From NCBI GenBank assembly GCA_008369845.1, contig MRSU01002690.1:1-64000 (forward strand): a DNA stretch of 64,000 nt. Reading direction: 5' to 3'. The stretch is from Trichomonas gallinae. Its lineage: Eukaryota. Under the pieces are notes generated by a model that was not told the DNA's origin, made no database searches, and saw only the letters and a list, made by a program, of their open reading frames with translations. This document shows positions 20,901 through 32,200 of this stretch, piece by piece. Made by a program: the position numbers and the translations under genes. Within the stretch, counting starts at the first letter, position 1. Every line of letters begins with the position of its first letter.

Positions 20901-22094
20901 TTTGTCTCGTCAATACCATTCGTTCCAGACGCTTTACAGTATCACACTGCTGGCGATGTTTGGCTTTCGTGCAGAGAGTTCTTGGATGCAAAGGCAGGTG
21001 ATGAAGAAGAGCACGCAATTCTTTTGGCATGCTTCTTGAAGGCTTTGGGCGAAGAGGCTTATGTTGTCCTCGGATCTGATGTCTTGAACGGCGGAGCATG
21101 CTATGTTATGTACAGGCATAGAGAATATGGTCTAAGAATCGTTGATCCAGTCAGAGGAAACGAGTTCAGCCACAGCGACCCAAGCTGCACATTGACAAGC
21201 ATCGGTGTTGTCTTTGACGACTCGAACATGTGGATGAACATACAGAAGCCAGTAACTCCATGGCAGGTTGACTGGAACTTGTATAACACAAAGAAGTGGA
21301 CTCCTTTCTTCGACAAGAAGTTCCCGTATTCTCCACTCCACGAGGATCCAAACGACCAGATCGAATACTCACCAGCAAACGAAGAAGAAGCGAAAAGGAT
21401 CCAGGCAGATATCGAAGCATCTCTCAGAGCAGCAATCGAGGAAGACAGAGGAGGTGAGCCAACAAGATGGAACAAAGATGTCACTAAAGTTATTGATGAG
21501 TCATTGAAGTTGATCATCGAGATCGAAAACCAGAACCAGTCTGCTCACGATGTCGATGAGCGCTCGATGAGCGAGGCACTGCATTTCTTGGAGAATAATT
21601 TGGCTGACTACAGATTGATTGGTGCACCATTCGCTGCTCCATTTACAAGTGTCGACAGAATCACAGATGAAGTTCGCGCACAGGGAACATTCTTGACACT
21701 TGCCGATGGTGTCGAGTTCGCTTTGTCTGTCAGAGTAATTCCACTCCCGCACGAGTTATACCTCGCATATGTTTTCCTTTGCGCAGCAGTCAAAGTCGAA
21801 GGTGGAAATCTCAACAGAATCAATCCTGAAGAAGAAGAGGAAGATTACAATGAAGAAGAGGAATATGCTGTACACAGAGAAATCCCACAACAAGAATCAA
21901 CACCAGAAAAGCCACAAACACATGTTAAAGAACAACAGCCAACACCAGAAAAAGAGCAGCAACAGCCTCATTCAGAGAAAGAGCCAACACAAATTTCAGA
22001 AAAAGACCCAACACAGGAGTCCGAAAGAGATGAAGCTATTGTCGTAGACGAGCCTGCCGATGATGAACCTCAGGGCGAAGATGAAGAAGTTTAA
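17916..22094 (+). CDS. CC2D2A: CC2D2A/MKS6 ciliary transition-zone protein
   Basis: RLENRLL and HFLIHPLSSIEDLL motifs, coiled coil, two C2-like regions (IRIFRAVNVP; ERFLGSLELP), and a CEP76-type transglutaminase-like region (AIRFVSSIPF, DVWLSCREFL, GDEEEHAILLACFL, SIGVVFDDSNMWMNIQ, KWTPFF). Confidence 0.88.
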   Translation: MTTEENVIVRSEALLDRVRTQMSQGSIIAPNIKIEQTLPFVPQLDESMGISSAGGGAEPPLSPVKPPPGDPQTQTRYKQYFISGKVETESVTTHEYYIHGSVPSSPGSQSLHPVSRYQTARNNNRLENPDEEIPDLNTEFVITKPGCYHLTKTPENVTKNMYIKANQLPDKVQHKTPLPGGRDIAAEGYFVPNEPLVKKSNKTRLENRLLWDDPNGQYFFGADGNMRNDTPNVVEISPDFPIKAKKGDILKEPEIKPEDQLEFNPAAIWGVQDVDVSRMIRIEIAKIHFLIHPLSSIEDLLDNRIRQLYGALMQDADAPISKYYKNRIKALRNEMARCDESPQGLAKEKQLLEEILMYHHAKDQAEANLRKQREELVTTYKELQDYRKQVGFGVHSLGLKWQVRNFTQAEKEKQEQNFENHLGHRAEEVVRLAQLSGEEKDIDTVIEELRQNHAKLGLHLPGDPLWRPVLTENEEITPLINCPEREKQRRQRIQQAKVYVRVKIGADTNITSMIVPLDRDFVALPDLAIEVEVTKVPENVICEVWETGYVRARLIATVNFTTTVGMPTDDEVYEFTAQPPGGKGRMIVGNVYARCFVKPCPEERILVKPAAQSDEQKKQLAQDPSRFMSVPKLLEWADTHDPNDPYVSSMLAGVKAQRNAERVAGRFKLDPMQEQTLFSSFAPSTITQQIQQHIIRIQRQQIDEEMRRMKEEIAEEEEAKIDDQLTLNNIVQQIEPPTGASIWRWIKDFFRRRRPLQPVAEDGIPTNALCEYSQLVIRIFRAVNVPHRTQFGLGPNNFDGHRQLFLRICLDNDVRLTRIAENDWNELIRFNLVNEGEEIPSMNDVASKLIRIDLFDRVDFAEDFFEERFLGSLELPMTAVWATGELTGIFPLNTPPIQLAYFAENKKPIGLYASIAIKPRIADPPTANPFTSLESLEIRERANRFYNKLNSREFDYPRSFRVMCAREDGLSVLCCRLIFSLVPPEPIKTPLQAIRFVSSIPFVPDALQYHTAGDVWLSCREFLDAKAGDEEEHAILLACFLKALGEEAYVVLGSDVLNGGACYVMYRHREYGLRIVDPVRGNEFSHSDPSCTLTSIGVVFDDSNMWMNIQKPVTPWQVDWNLYNTKKWTPFFDKKFPYSPLHEDPNDQIEYSPANEEEAKRIQADIEASLRAAIEEDRGGEPTRWNKDVTKVIDESLKLIIEIENQNQSAHDVDERSMSEALHFLENNLADYRLIGAPFAAPFTSVDRITDEVRAQGTFLTLADGVEFALSVRVIPLPHELYLAYVFLCAAVKVEGGNLNRINPEEEEEDYNEEEEYAVHREIPQQESTPEKPQTHVKEQQPTPEKEQQQPHSEKEPTQISEKDPTQESERDEAIVVDEPADDEPQGEDEEV

Positions 22095-22571
22095 GTGTAA
22101 TTTTTTATTTATTTAGAATATTTTTGTGTAATTTAAAAGTATTATTTTATAACTTAATTCTATTAACTTAATCCAACAACAAAACTCAACCATACATTTT
22201 GACGCTAGATCGAGTGAGCACGTTTTTTCAATTATGCCTTTCCATGGATCTTATTTTGGATAGAAGTATTGAAATTAATTTAGATTTCAATGAATATACG
22301 TTTAAATTGTAAGTGGTATGAAATATGAGTGTTTATGATGTGTTTATATGATGTTACATAAGTTGTTATTCAATTTGTTTGAAACATGCTTGAGAATAAT
22401 GTAGACTTTACAAGTTATAAATGCTATGCCTATACATAGTATACCCATATATTTATGTGCCTTCATGGCAATTTTTATTTAGATTCGATATTTACAAGTT
22501 TAAGTCAGAAATATTTATATATTAGTTGTATGTAATATCAAATTGCTATTATTTTGCTGTTCATTTTTTTC

Positions 22572-23204
22572 ATGAGCAAGGGTTCTTATTTTCTTCTTCT
22601 CAGCAGCCCTGGAACAGAAAGAGTAGAATTTGCTCATCAGTTATGCAACGAACTTGGATATGAATATCTTTCTGTTACAAGTTTGATGCTAACTGCTTCA
22701 GCAAAAGCAATGATGCCAAATTCAAATTTAACAGAAGAAATGCGAACAATATATACAGACTTATTCCAGATGCTTAAACATAGACAAGAAATTCCAGGAA
22801 AAATGACTGCTTGGCTCATTAATCAAAGAATATCCGAAGATCCAACAAAAATATACTTGATTGATGGATTTCCTAAGACATCTGATGAACTAGATGATAT
22901 TTTTGCCTTAGAATACCATTGCAAAGGCGCAATTTATTTGCATGAAAGAGATTTTGAAATCAGAGCTAAATTACAACAAGAAAAACTATCAAACAACGAA
23001 AGAAGATTCACAGAGGAATACATTTCTAAATTTATTACAGATTTTCATGCATCATATGATCCAATCCTTTCTCAATTCAGAGTTACAGGCAAGCTTATTA
23101 CATTAAACCACAAATTACCTGTTCCAGATCTTGTATCAACAGCAACAAAAGAAATTTCAATGTTAGAAGAAGATTCATCAGATGAATCCGAAGAATACAA
23201 TTAA
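22572..23204 (+). CDS. Adenylate/UMP-CMP kinase-fold protein with degenerate P-loop
   Basis: GYEYLSVTSLM and YLIDGFPKT (AK-family LIDGFPR). The P-loop position reads SSPGTERVE instead of G.PGSGKGT. Inr-like TCATT at 22561, before ATG 22572. Confidence 0.7.
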   Translation: MSKGSYFLLLSSPGTERVEFAHQLCNELGYEYLSVTSLMLTASAKAMMPNSNLTEEMRTIYTDLFQMLKHRQEIPGKMTAWLINQRISEDPTKIYLIDGFPKTSDELDDIFALEYHCKGAIYLHERDFEIRAKLQQEKLSNNERRFTEEYISKFITDFHASYDPILSQFRVTGKLITLNHKLPVPDLVSTATKEISMLEEDSSDESEEYN

Positions 23205-23728
23205 TTCAATAATGTTTGTATATAAAGATAATGACACTGCTAAAACAAATCATTTTTGCTTAGCAAATTATATTAATTTTTTAAATCTATCAATACTGAT
23301 TCTAAATCATACCACACTTGAGTTTTCATCAGTACTCTTCGACATAATACAATTATTGCAAATTAGCATTTGATTAAAGATTCTCAGCTTGAGACGATGA
23401 GTACCGAACTGAACTAAACACAGTGAGTTACTATCAATGTGACAAACTTATATATAAATTAATAAAATATGAACTTCATTAAGAAATAAAATATGAGTTT
23501 CCTGTAACAAAAATAGCCATCAGACTAAGTCTTTCCTGCATGTATAAGTTGCCGTAATAAAGTTAAAACTTTTCTCAAACGTACACTGCTATATATATCA
23601 TAATAAATGTCAGATTTAAAATTTACATGTCATTTGTAAGTTTTATTTTACATGTCAGATATTAAATTTACAAAACAAAATGTAGGATTTTGTAAAGAGC
23701 AAAAACGTGACTTTTCTCGTTTTTCATT

Positions 23729-24955
23729 ATGTCTGATATTGTTGTTCCGGATATTGGCGATGTTATTAACGGGAAATATCAGGTCACAAAGAGAATCGGT
23801 GCTGGTTCTTTTGGTGCAATTTATGAAGTACAAGAACTAGAAACAGGAAGAATGCTCGCCGTAAAATTAGAAAGACCGACTTCTCCGTCTCCACAACTTC
23901 AATATGAGCACAGATTATACACAATTCTCGATGGTGCTTATGCTATTCCTAGAGTTTATGAGTTTTGGACAGAAGAAAATTGGAGAGGTATGGCAATGGA
24001 TAGACTTGGATGCTCTTTAGGCTACTGGTTCAGAAAGTGCGGCAAAGTACTTTCTATGAAGACCACTTTAATGTGCGGAATTCAAATGCTTTCAAGATTA
24101 GAATATCTTCATTCGCGTTCTTTCATTCACAGAGACATCAAACCTGATAACTTCGTCTTTGGTGTTGGCAAAAATTCAACGTTACTATTCTTAATTGATC
24201 TTGGCTTAGCAAAAAAGTATCGCGATCTAATTTCACACGCACACATTACATATTCTGAAGACAGGGGTCTTGCTGGAACAGCCAGATATGTATCTATCAA
24301 TGTACATAACGGCGTCGAACAATCATGCAGAGATGACCTTGAATCAGTTGGCTACGTTTTGATTTCATTGATTAACGGAACTCTCCCATGGCAAGGAATG
24401 GAGGCATGTAGTGATAACCAGAAATACGACCTCATACAGCAATCAAAAGTCAACACAACGCTTGAAAATTTGTGTGAAAATTTACCAAATGAGTTTCTCG
24501 CATATATGACTAAAGTTAGAGAGTTAAGATTCGATGAGAGACCTCCCTATGCATTATTTAGGGCTTTATTCTCAAAAGTTATGACTGATAATAATTATGC
24601 ATTTGATTTCAAGTACGATTGGATTGTGCCTCGTGCCCAACGACTTGATGCTGCACTTAGATCAACACCTGATGTCGGAAAGACACCAATCTCTGTTCAC
24701 ACAATTAATATCAATCAAATTGTCGAAACAGGAAAACAAGTTGATCTTATGCAGCCATTGCCATTCTACTCCATTCTTACAGATGCAGCTCTTTTTGTTG
24801 GCTTAAGCAGAAAAGCTGAAGAAGAATCTCAACAAAAGAAGCCTAAGACGAACTTCTGCGAGCAACAAAGCATATTCCTTTTAGATCCGAAGACATTAAG
24901 AGCTCGTCCAGGCATCCTCGAACTCGAATTTTTACAAAATCCACCAGCTAAATAA
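23729..24955 (+). CDS. Casein kinase 1 family protein kinase
   Basis: IGAGSFGAIY, AVKLE, PQLQYE, FIHRDIKPDNF, IDLGLAKKYRD, GTARYVSINVH.G.EQSCRDDLES.GYV, LPWQG. Confidence 0.95.
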   Translation: MSDIVVPDIGDVINGKYQVTKRIGAGSFGAIYEVQELETGRMLAVKLERPTSPSPQLQYEHRLYTILDGAYAIPRVYEFWTEENWRGMAMDRLGCSLGYWFRKCGKVLSMKTTLMCGIQMLSRLEYLHSRSFIHRDIKPDNFVFGVGKNSTLLFLIDLGLAKKYRDLISHAHITYSEDRGLAGTARYVSINVHNGVEQSCRDDLESVGYVLISLINGTLPWQGMEACSDNQKYDLIQQSKVNTTLENLCENLPNEFLAYMTKVRELRFDERPPYALFRALFSKVMTDNNYAFDFKYDWIVPRAQRLDAALRSTPDVGKTPISVHTININQIVETGKQVDLMQPLPFYSILTDAALFVGLSRKAEEESQQKKPKTNFCEQQSIFLLDPKTLRARPGILELEFLQNPPAK

Positions 24956-25075
24956 ATTGTATGTATTATTGTTTTATTCATATTCATATATTTTTTTTAT
25001 TATTTATTTGATTGAAACTAAAATTGGAATATATTTGATTATAAATGAAGCAATTATTAATGTGTGATTAAAAAG

Positions 25076-25537
25076 TCAATATGGATGTGTTGTTGGGTAG
25101 AATAGCATCAAAGAATATCTTGATATTACAAAATTTGAAAATTTAGGAATATAAAGAGTGCATTCATCAGAATTTTCCGTATTAGTAAAGTTTACAATAA
25201 ACAAATCTGTATAAACACCAAAATAATTTTTGTTTTTCGATTTTATTAATTTAAGGTCGTCAGCATGAGGCGATAAGTGCTGGATAGAGCATGAATAGAA
25301 TAGTAATGAGGTCCTCATAGCTGAAAACACTATTTTGCATTTTGAAAAATCAAAAATCAATGAATTGCGGCCAATGAAAGAACATTCCAAGGGATATATA
25401 ACATGTAGTATCGTTGGGTTCAAGTTAAATGATTTGATGATTTGATGAAGAAAAATTATGTCACTTTTCCTGCGTGTAAAATATTGATGTTTTAAGTTTT
25501 CATCAATTATCTGACTATCCAACAATCTAAATGCCAT
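25076..25537 (-). CDS. Hypothetical protein, possibly a remote initiator-binding-domain (IBD)-like protein
   Basis: 153-aa ATG-initiated ORF divergent from the 25671 gene; weak resemblance to the IBD core (FLHQII...NP...SFIG). Confidence 0.4.
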   Translation of the reverse strand: MAFRLLDSQIIDENLKHQYFTRRKSDIIFLHQIIKSFNLNPTILHVIYPLECSFIGRNSLIFDFSKCKIVFSAMRTSLLFYSCSIQHLSPHADDLKLIKSKNKNYFGVYTDLFIVNFTNTENSDECTLYIPKFSNFVISRYSLMLFYPTTHPY

Positions 25538-25670
25538 ATAAATTGGTAAATAGATTAATTATATCCTATACAATATGTAGACAAACAATGAGTAAAAAAT
25601 ATAGGCTGGATTATTGTGAAAATGAGAAATAAAAAAAAAATTGCGACATATAAGTCACTTTTATATTATC

Positions 25671-26315
25671 ATGGATGACGGCGTTTTAGAAACGATAAAC
25701 TTGGCGATAAAGAGCCAAGAAGAAATCAAATCACAACTCCTCGCTGAAATTGCGCAGCTTGAGAGTCAGCATGAATCGCAGAAAGGAGAGACAGCGCCCA
25801 TAAAATTTTATAAATCGTCAATAGAGCATTTACGGGCAGAAAAACAATCTCTCAATGATAAAATCCACCAATTCAAGCAAGTAGAATATCCTACATTGCA
25901 ACAAAAACTTCAACGTATGCAACAGAAGAACGCCGCAATTGAAAACAGAATATCTTACCTTGAAAAGATTCGTAATGAAGATATTGTCAGCAAATTGAGC
26001 TCCCCACAGGCAGCGCAAGAGATTATCAAACAATTTTCTGATAACTTAAAAGCAGAAATCGCAGAATTAACAAAAGAAGAAGATGCCATTACAAAGAAGA
26101 TTTCTGAGTCTAAGAATGAGTTGCATCAGCTTCAAGAATTGAATCTGTCAACAAGACGTGAACACGCAAAATCAACTTGGGCACTGGAAATCAACGAAGA
26201 AGCTAAGTTAAATGTCGTTACAAAGACCAAGAAGCGCAAGAGATCAAGTACATATCAGAATCGCCACTCCGCCTTCTTACCACCAGATCCTCTCGGATTT
26301 TCACCTTACTTCTAA
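25671..26315 (+). CDS. Coiled-coil protein with basic NLS-like tail
   Basis: Heptad-rich E/K/Q/L sequence; KTKKRKR near the C-terminus; Inr-like TCACT at 25655 upstream of ATG 25671. Confidence 0.7.
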   Translation: MDDGVLETINLAIKSQEEIKSQLLAEIAQLESQHESQKGETAPIKFYKSSIEHLRAEKQSLNDKIHQFKQVEYPTLQQKLQRMQQKNAAIENRISYLEKIRNEDIVSKLSSPQAAQEIIKQFSDNLKAEIAELTKEEDAITKKISESKNELHQLQELNLSTRREHAKSTWALEINEEAKLNVVTKTKKRKRSSTYQNRHSAFLPPDPLGFSPYF

Positions 26316-27258
26316 GCACTATTATCATGTAAACTGATGTTTTGTTATAATTAAAACGTTCTATATTGCATTTTAGTAAATATTAATTTTTATTTAAAAT
26401 GATTATCACTAATATAGATTCTCTAAAACTATTTATTGCACAATCCATAACTTCTATATACTGAATTGAGAGAAAATAAAATTCTGAATTCTTATTCGCG
26501 TTTATCGAAATGGAATCATTAGTCCCATAAATCTTTCGATAATGCACATCATCTTCATTGTTTTAAAATGGGGATAATGATTATTTCAAAATTATGAATG
26601 AATCGTAAGGTGTTCATCAACTTCACGCTGTTTATCAATAACCATCATGCCAAACACTGAAATATCTTAAACATTTATGCCAAAAATAGCAATAAATTTT
26701 ATCATGATTTTATAATTTCGTCTTTTTCAATTACAAATCGAATATCCCAAGTATAATGCACGTATATTGCTATTTTGCAATGTTAAAATAGTCCACGGGA
26801 TGATTGAATTTAATTTTAATTTTCGCCAACAAAACAGCTGTATTAGCGATAATGTATTGTTTAAATTGGACAATTACATCCATTGTATAATAGAAACCTA
26901 TAAAAAGAACAATTTATGTAGTGAATCTCATATCCATTCTATATGATTCGCTTTTTCCGCCAAATGTATATTAGTGATACAATGTATAATAGAATGTTAT
27001 AAAAAGTATTAATTCATGTATAATAGAATGCATAGAAAATTATATTTATTTATCTTTTTTGACGTCATGATATGTGTATTAGTGATACGATGTCTAATAA
27101 AAATGAAATAAAAAGAACAAGTTATGTAATGAATCTCATTTAATGCTATCATATATATGTGATATTCACTTTTTTTGACAACAGTCAAAAATGGATTAAA
27201 AAACATCGTCGTATTCGGAGATTAAATTCCACAACTGCATGAGGCCCCAAAACACACA

Positions 27259-28614
27259 ATGCTGATATTTTTAGCTTTTTCCTACTTTATCGCAACGTTT
27301 TTGAAGTTGTCAAAAATAATAATGAAGACTTTGATGAATGATTTAGGCCCTTCTAAAGTTTCCATGCAAGCTGAGGGGATTCTAGAGCGTCTCGATAGCT
27401 TTATGATCGAAATTCAAAAGCTCCATAAGGAGGTTGAAAGGCTCCAAGGAATAAAAGATTTGGCTCAGATCCATTTGAATCAATACAAACAAGACTACGA
27501 GCTTCTCCATAACGCATACAAGAATGCAAACTATTTTGTTAATAAAATAGACATGAAAGTCCTGTTTTACGGACAACAAGGTCAGCCTAAAAAAGAAATG
27601 GAGAAGAAAGAAGTCTTTAAAGCGTCCGAAATAGCAATAGAACCAACAGATTATCAAGTTATATCATCATATCAACATTTCCAAAACAAAAATGTGATTC
27701 TTGTATTCAGATACAACCATGAATCAAAGATCACTTCTTTGGCAATAAGCAATGCTGGCGATTGCCTTGCATTTTGCGATAGAACAAAGCTTATTACTCT
27801 TACGATTTCGGCTAACCCCACTTCTAAGGTTTTTAATTTCCCTCAGGAAGAGCCAATTGAGGATTACTCGCGATGCATTGCATTCTCTAAAGACGATGCT
27901 TACATAGCTGCAAGCTATAACGGTAAAAAAATTTGCATTTTCGATGCAAAAACGAAAGAAATTAAGAAACAGATAACGAAACATTCGCTCGATGTCTCTG
28001 TAATAATTTTCACACGAGATGGAAAATACATGATAAGCGCAGGCCAAGATGGTCTCATAAATTGTTGGAGTTACCCTAATTTCGAACATATTGCATCTCT
28101 TTCGAATCAAATCGATCCAAATAAGTCACATCCCATTACAGGTCTTTGCGAAGGCATTGATGGAAAATCGATTTTGGTTTCTTATATTTTCGGAGCCATT
28201 GCTGTTGTTGACGTTCCAAATTTAAAATCTAAAGAAGTATTCCAAACGTTCAGCAGCAAATTAATGGGAATATACGCAAGTCCGATATTTGGCTTGTATG
28301 CTTCCCTTTCTAATTCGACTGTTAATATTGAACACATTACTGATGGAATCGATGTCATTAATACTCTAAAAGGACACAATAACACAATTTTATCAGGATC
28401 GTTTTCTAATGAAGATCCTGTATTCGTTTCGGGCTCACGTGACGAAAGTATTATAATGTGGGATATCATGAATACACAGAATCCAAAGCTCGCCGAAATC
28501 AAAATGCATCACAATACAATCTTTTCTATCGCTCATTCACCAAACTCCCGCGGTTTCGCCTCTTGTGGCGCTGATGGCTATGTATGCTATTGGAAATATA
28601 ATCTTCCAAATTAG
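27259..28614 (+). CDS. WD40-repeat protein with N-terminal coiled coil (Tup1-like architecture)
   Basis: WD repeats (HSLDVSVIIFTRDGKYMISAGQDGLINCWS; GHNNTILSGSFS...FVSGSRDESIIMWD; HHNTIFSIAHSPNSRGFASCGADGYVCYWKY). The true start may be a downstream Met. Confidence 0.8.
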   Translation: MLIFLAFSYFIATFLKLSKIIMKTLMNDLGPSKVSMQAEGILERLDSFMIEIQKLHKEVERLQGIKDLAQIHLNQYKQDYELLHNAYKNANYFVNKIDMKVLFYGQQGQPKKEMEKKEVFKASEIAIEPTDYQVISSYQHFQNKNVILVFRYNHESKITSLAISNAGDCLAFCDRTKLITLTISANPTSKVFNFPQEEPIEDYSRCIAFSKDDAYIAASYNGKKICIFDAKTKEIKKQITKHSLDVSVIIFTRDGKYMISAGQDGLINCWSYPNFEHIASLSNQIDPNKSHPITGLCEGIDGKSILVSYIFGAIAVVDVPNLKSKEVFQTFSSKLMGIYASPIFGLYASLSNSTVNIEHITDGIDVINTLKGHNNTILSGSFSNEDPVFVSGSRDESIIMWDIMNTQNPKLAEIKMHHNTIFSIAHSPNSRGFASCGADGYVCYWKYNLPN

Positions 28615-29048
28615 ATATATTGTTATGTTTTGTAAATTTCTCAAGATTACAAAAAAATCCCTTCTTTTTACTTACAATATTCGATTTATTGCTGAAAAAT
28701 TGGGCTACTTACGATTTTTTATCGCGATTATTTTTTCAATGTTTTAACTTCAAATTAGTAGACATATTTATATGAATTAACTCCTTTATATTTTTGTAAA
28801 GGACCTTATAATTGAGTTCTTTTTGATCAATATCATAAAAAAAAATTGAATTGATAAGATATATTTTCTTTTTATCATTTTCTCCATCGTAATATTAACA
28901 ATATGTACAAAATTCATTAAACATGTTGTCTCTATTAAGTGTTGTGTTTTTGTGATTTATATGATTTTTATCAATTCATAGAGGAGTCCAACTAGGTTTT
29001 CGGGGATCTATTCAATTTAGAAGGGCGCAAAGTGGCATTTAGGTAAAG

Positions 29049-29152
29049 ATGATGATTTTCAGCTGTATCCTCATATGGTTTATCACTGTAGACTTACCGA
29101 CTTGTATTCAGAATATGGAGCAAAACCATGTGAGATACATCTGTCACTCTGA
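29049..29152 (+). ncRNA. Candidate box C/D structured RNA
   Basis: Box C ATGATGA (29049-55) and box D CTGA (29149-52) enclose an imperfect stem of about 21 bp: 29060-29081 pairs with 29123-29143. The segment is richer in GC than its flanks. Confidence 0.45.
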
Positions 29153-29283
29153 TGAATATTATAATTTTGACGTGTAAATAATTATTTCTGTCAATAAAGT
29201 GACTACTAATGATGAAAAAATTTTATTTGACACGTAAACAAATATTTGCCAATAAAGTGACAAATAAATAAAAAGTGACAGTG

Positions 29284-32200
29284 ATGGATGAACTAATTCA
29301 AGAAATCGAGAATTTATCAAAGGTTTCAAGAATATTACAACCTGAACAAATGATTATGACAAAACTTCATAACCTATCACAGTTTCTCAATGAAAATTTA
29401 ACTTCTCAACAATTTAAACAAATCGAAAATGCTTTATTATCACTATTTTCCATAAATGCGGGTAATTTCAGCATACCATGCGCATTAAATATAGCGAAAT
29501 CTCTAGTAATTTTGTATAAATACACTAAAAATCCACAATTCTTCGATTTATTTTCTCTTGCAGTTGAAAAACAAACTACGACATCCACTATTATAGCAGT
29601 AGGCTACGTAATGAGATATCATGGACAACAAGCAAAATCACAATTGCCAAGATTCGTTGAACATAATTTGAAACAAGCCCAGAACATGGATTTCGCTGTT
29701 GTTTATGCCCTCAGATGCGTATTCAAAACGTTTGTCAAAACAATAGAAAATTTCGTTCCAAACGCATTTCAATTCGCAAAACGCGCAATTATTCCACCAA
29801 GACAGACGACAATACTCGCATGCTTGAAATTATTCAAAGTTTTGTTAAAATACGGTTCAATTACACCGGAAATGGTTTTTGAATGCGTAAATTCGATTTT
29901 GCGCGAAGACCAGTTCCCTGTTATTAAAAACGAGATCGCATCACTTGTTGCAAGATGTGCGTTCAGCCCAATTTCAAATGTAATCAAGAATGATTCAAAT
30001 CAAAATGAATGGGCAATTACTGGCGATAAAGACAAACCAAAACAGATATTTGCGAAACCACTCAAAGATATTGAAAGATTCCCAATAATCATGGACATGT
30101 CAATTATGCATTTCTTAGATTTATTATCTCCAGAAATGATTGCACAAGATAGCAGCACAATTTTCAACTACATCAGAGCTAAATCAGAAGCTAATCTTCA
30201 GAGACTCATTCCAATGCTCCCAGAGGACTCAAGAAATCAATATTTCAATGATATTCTTAAAGAAGTTCCTTCTCCAATTCAGTTGCATTTATTGTCAATG
30301 ATGTCACCAGATAATGGCTCTGCAACAAGTATTGCGCGTGCAGCTGTTGATTTATCATTTAGTAATAATAAATTGTTTAGAAGAGTCGCTTTAGACTTCT
30401 TTGTTACATTTGCTAAAGAGCAACCATCAGCAGCCAACCAGTTCCTCGCTGAATCATTGAAGTTTTTGCTTGAAGATAATTCAAATAACTTTTTCAAGAC
30501 TCGTGGAATGGGTTACATCGCTAAAACAATCTTAAACAACAGTAATTCTGCGGGACAGTTGATTTCTGATAACAAAGATTCATTAGATCAATTAATTCAA
30601 AATGCATTTTCCAATTTTAACATTGAATCACCTCTTTGCTGCGCAGTTTTACATATATTATCAGCATTACCAGAAGAATTTGGAACAATAGAAAGGGTTT
30701 CTGCAGTAATTAATGAATCGATTTCTAAATTCAAAGGAAATCTTTCATCACATGCAAAGAAGACACTGAAAGCCATGATAATTTTCAGAAACAACGTTCC
30801 AGAAGAAAATTCATGCAAAGCTTTGGTTGAATTAGTTATTAATAATTTCCAGAAGATTCCAATTCCAGCAATTAAAGCATTATGCGAGATTGTTCCTAAA
30901 TATTTGAGTTCCACGTCAATTGCCAATGTTGTCGCTGAAAAAATCATTGACAGAACAACAGCTTTGAAAATTTCAACAGATTTAATTAAAAACTTTATAA
31001 AAAGATCTTTGCCGACAGGCCTTGACCTTCTCAAGCTCCCAACACCTCTCACACCACAGCAAATTCGCGATCAGGCTGTTTTAGAACACATTATTAGAAA
31101 TTTCCCAGCTTTGTTCAACGCAGCTGACCAAAATGGCAGGATTAAGCTCTATGAGAAGCTGATTAGTCTTGTTAACACAGCTCCAATTGCTCGTTTGTAT
31201 CTTTTAGCGATTTGTCAAAGCGAATTTTGCAATTCTCTGCCAATTTCAGCTTTGAACTATTTCATTCAGCAGTGCAACACTAATAACTTATCACAGCTTC
31301 AACTTTCAGCTGAATGCGTTGGTGCATTTTTAGTTCAGCATCCAAATTCAGTTTCCAACGTAATTTCTTATATAGAGAAGCTCAATACAATGAATGGATG
31401 CTTCATTCTTAGCGCTTTAGCATCATATGTTCAACTCGACAAAGATTGCATTCTTAGAGCTTTCATTTATGTTTCTTGCAAGATAAGGGACCAAAGGCTT
31501 CTTGCTTTTGCTGCTCTCGCGCTTGCAAGCATTTGTTTCAATAATGATATGTTAATAATCGAACTTGGAATATCAATGGACCAATTGTCGGTCATTTTCC
31601 AGGCATTACAATCTAATTCAGCAATGCAGCCAATTGTTGTTAATCTTTTAGCGGAATCATTTTCAATTATGCTTGAAACAATGTCTGTTGAATTGCCAAC
31701 CAATCCAATATTATCTGATTTAGTCTATTGTATTGTTTCCAGTATAGAATGCATTCCAATCAGTTATTCTCACGAAGCATTTTTCTCAGTATCAAAAAGT
31801 TTGTTTACTTTCGCTTATTCTATATCAGACATCGCTAATATTAAGTATCCATTATATCTCGGGGCTCCAACAGAAATACAACTGTCAGCCTGCGACGCTT
31901 TTTCATTCTACGGAAAATTCAACAAAATCGATTTAGATATTTCACAAATGTTGTTAAAAGCATTGACATTATTACAGAGAACAGGCGACGAAAGAGCATC
32001 AGCATACATATTAACATTAGCAAACGGATCTAAAAACGTAGAATTCTGGATTTCTCACATTAGAAGAATTCTTTTGACCTCATCACTTTTTGATACACAA
32101 GGGGCTTCTATAGAACCTACGCCAACTGTCAAGCAATGTTGTTTGAATGTTTGCTTAATTCTTTTGACACAAATTGCAGAAGCTGAAGTCTTGAATACTG

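Noticed and set aside
29091..29171. ACTTACC (U1 5'-end-like) followed by an Sm-like AATTTTG
   Set aside because: Only about 70 nt apart, with no U1-70K or U1A loops. The Sm-like site is part of the TTGACGTGTAAA promoter motif.
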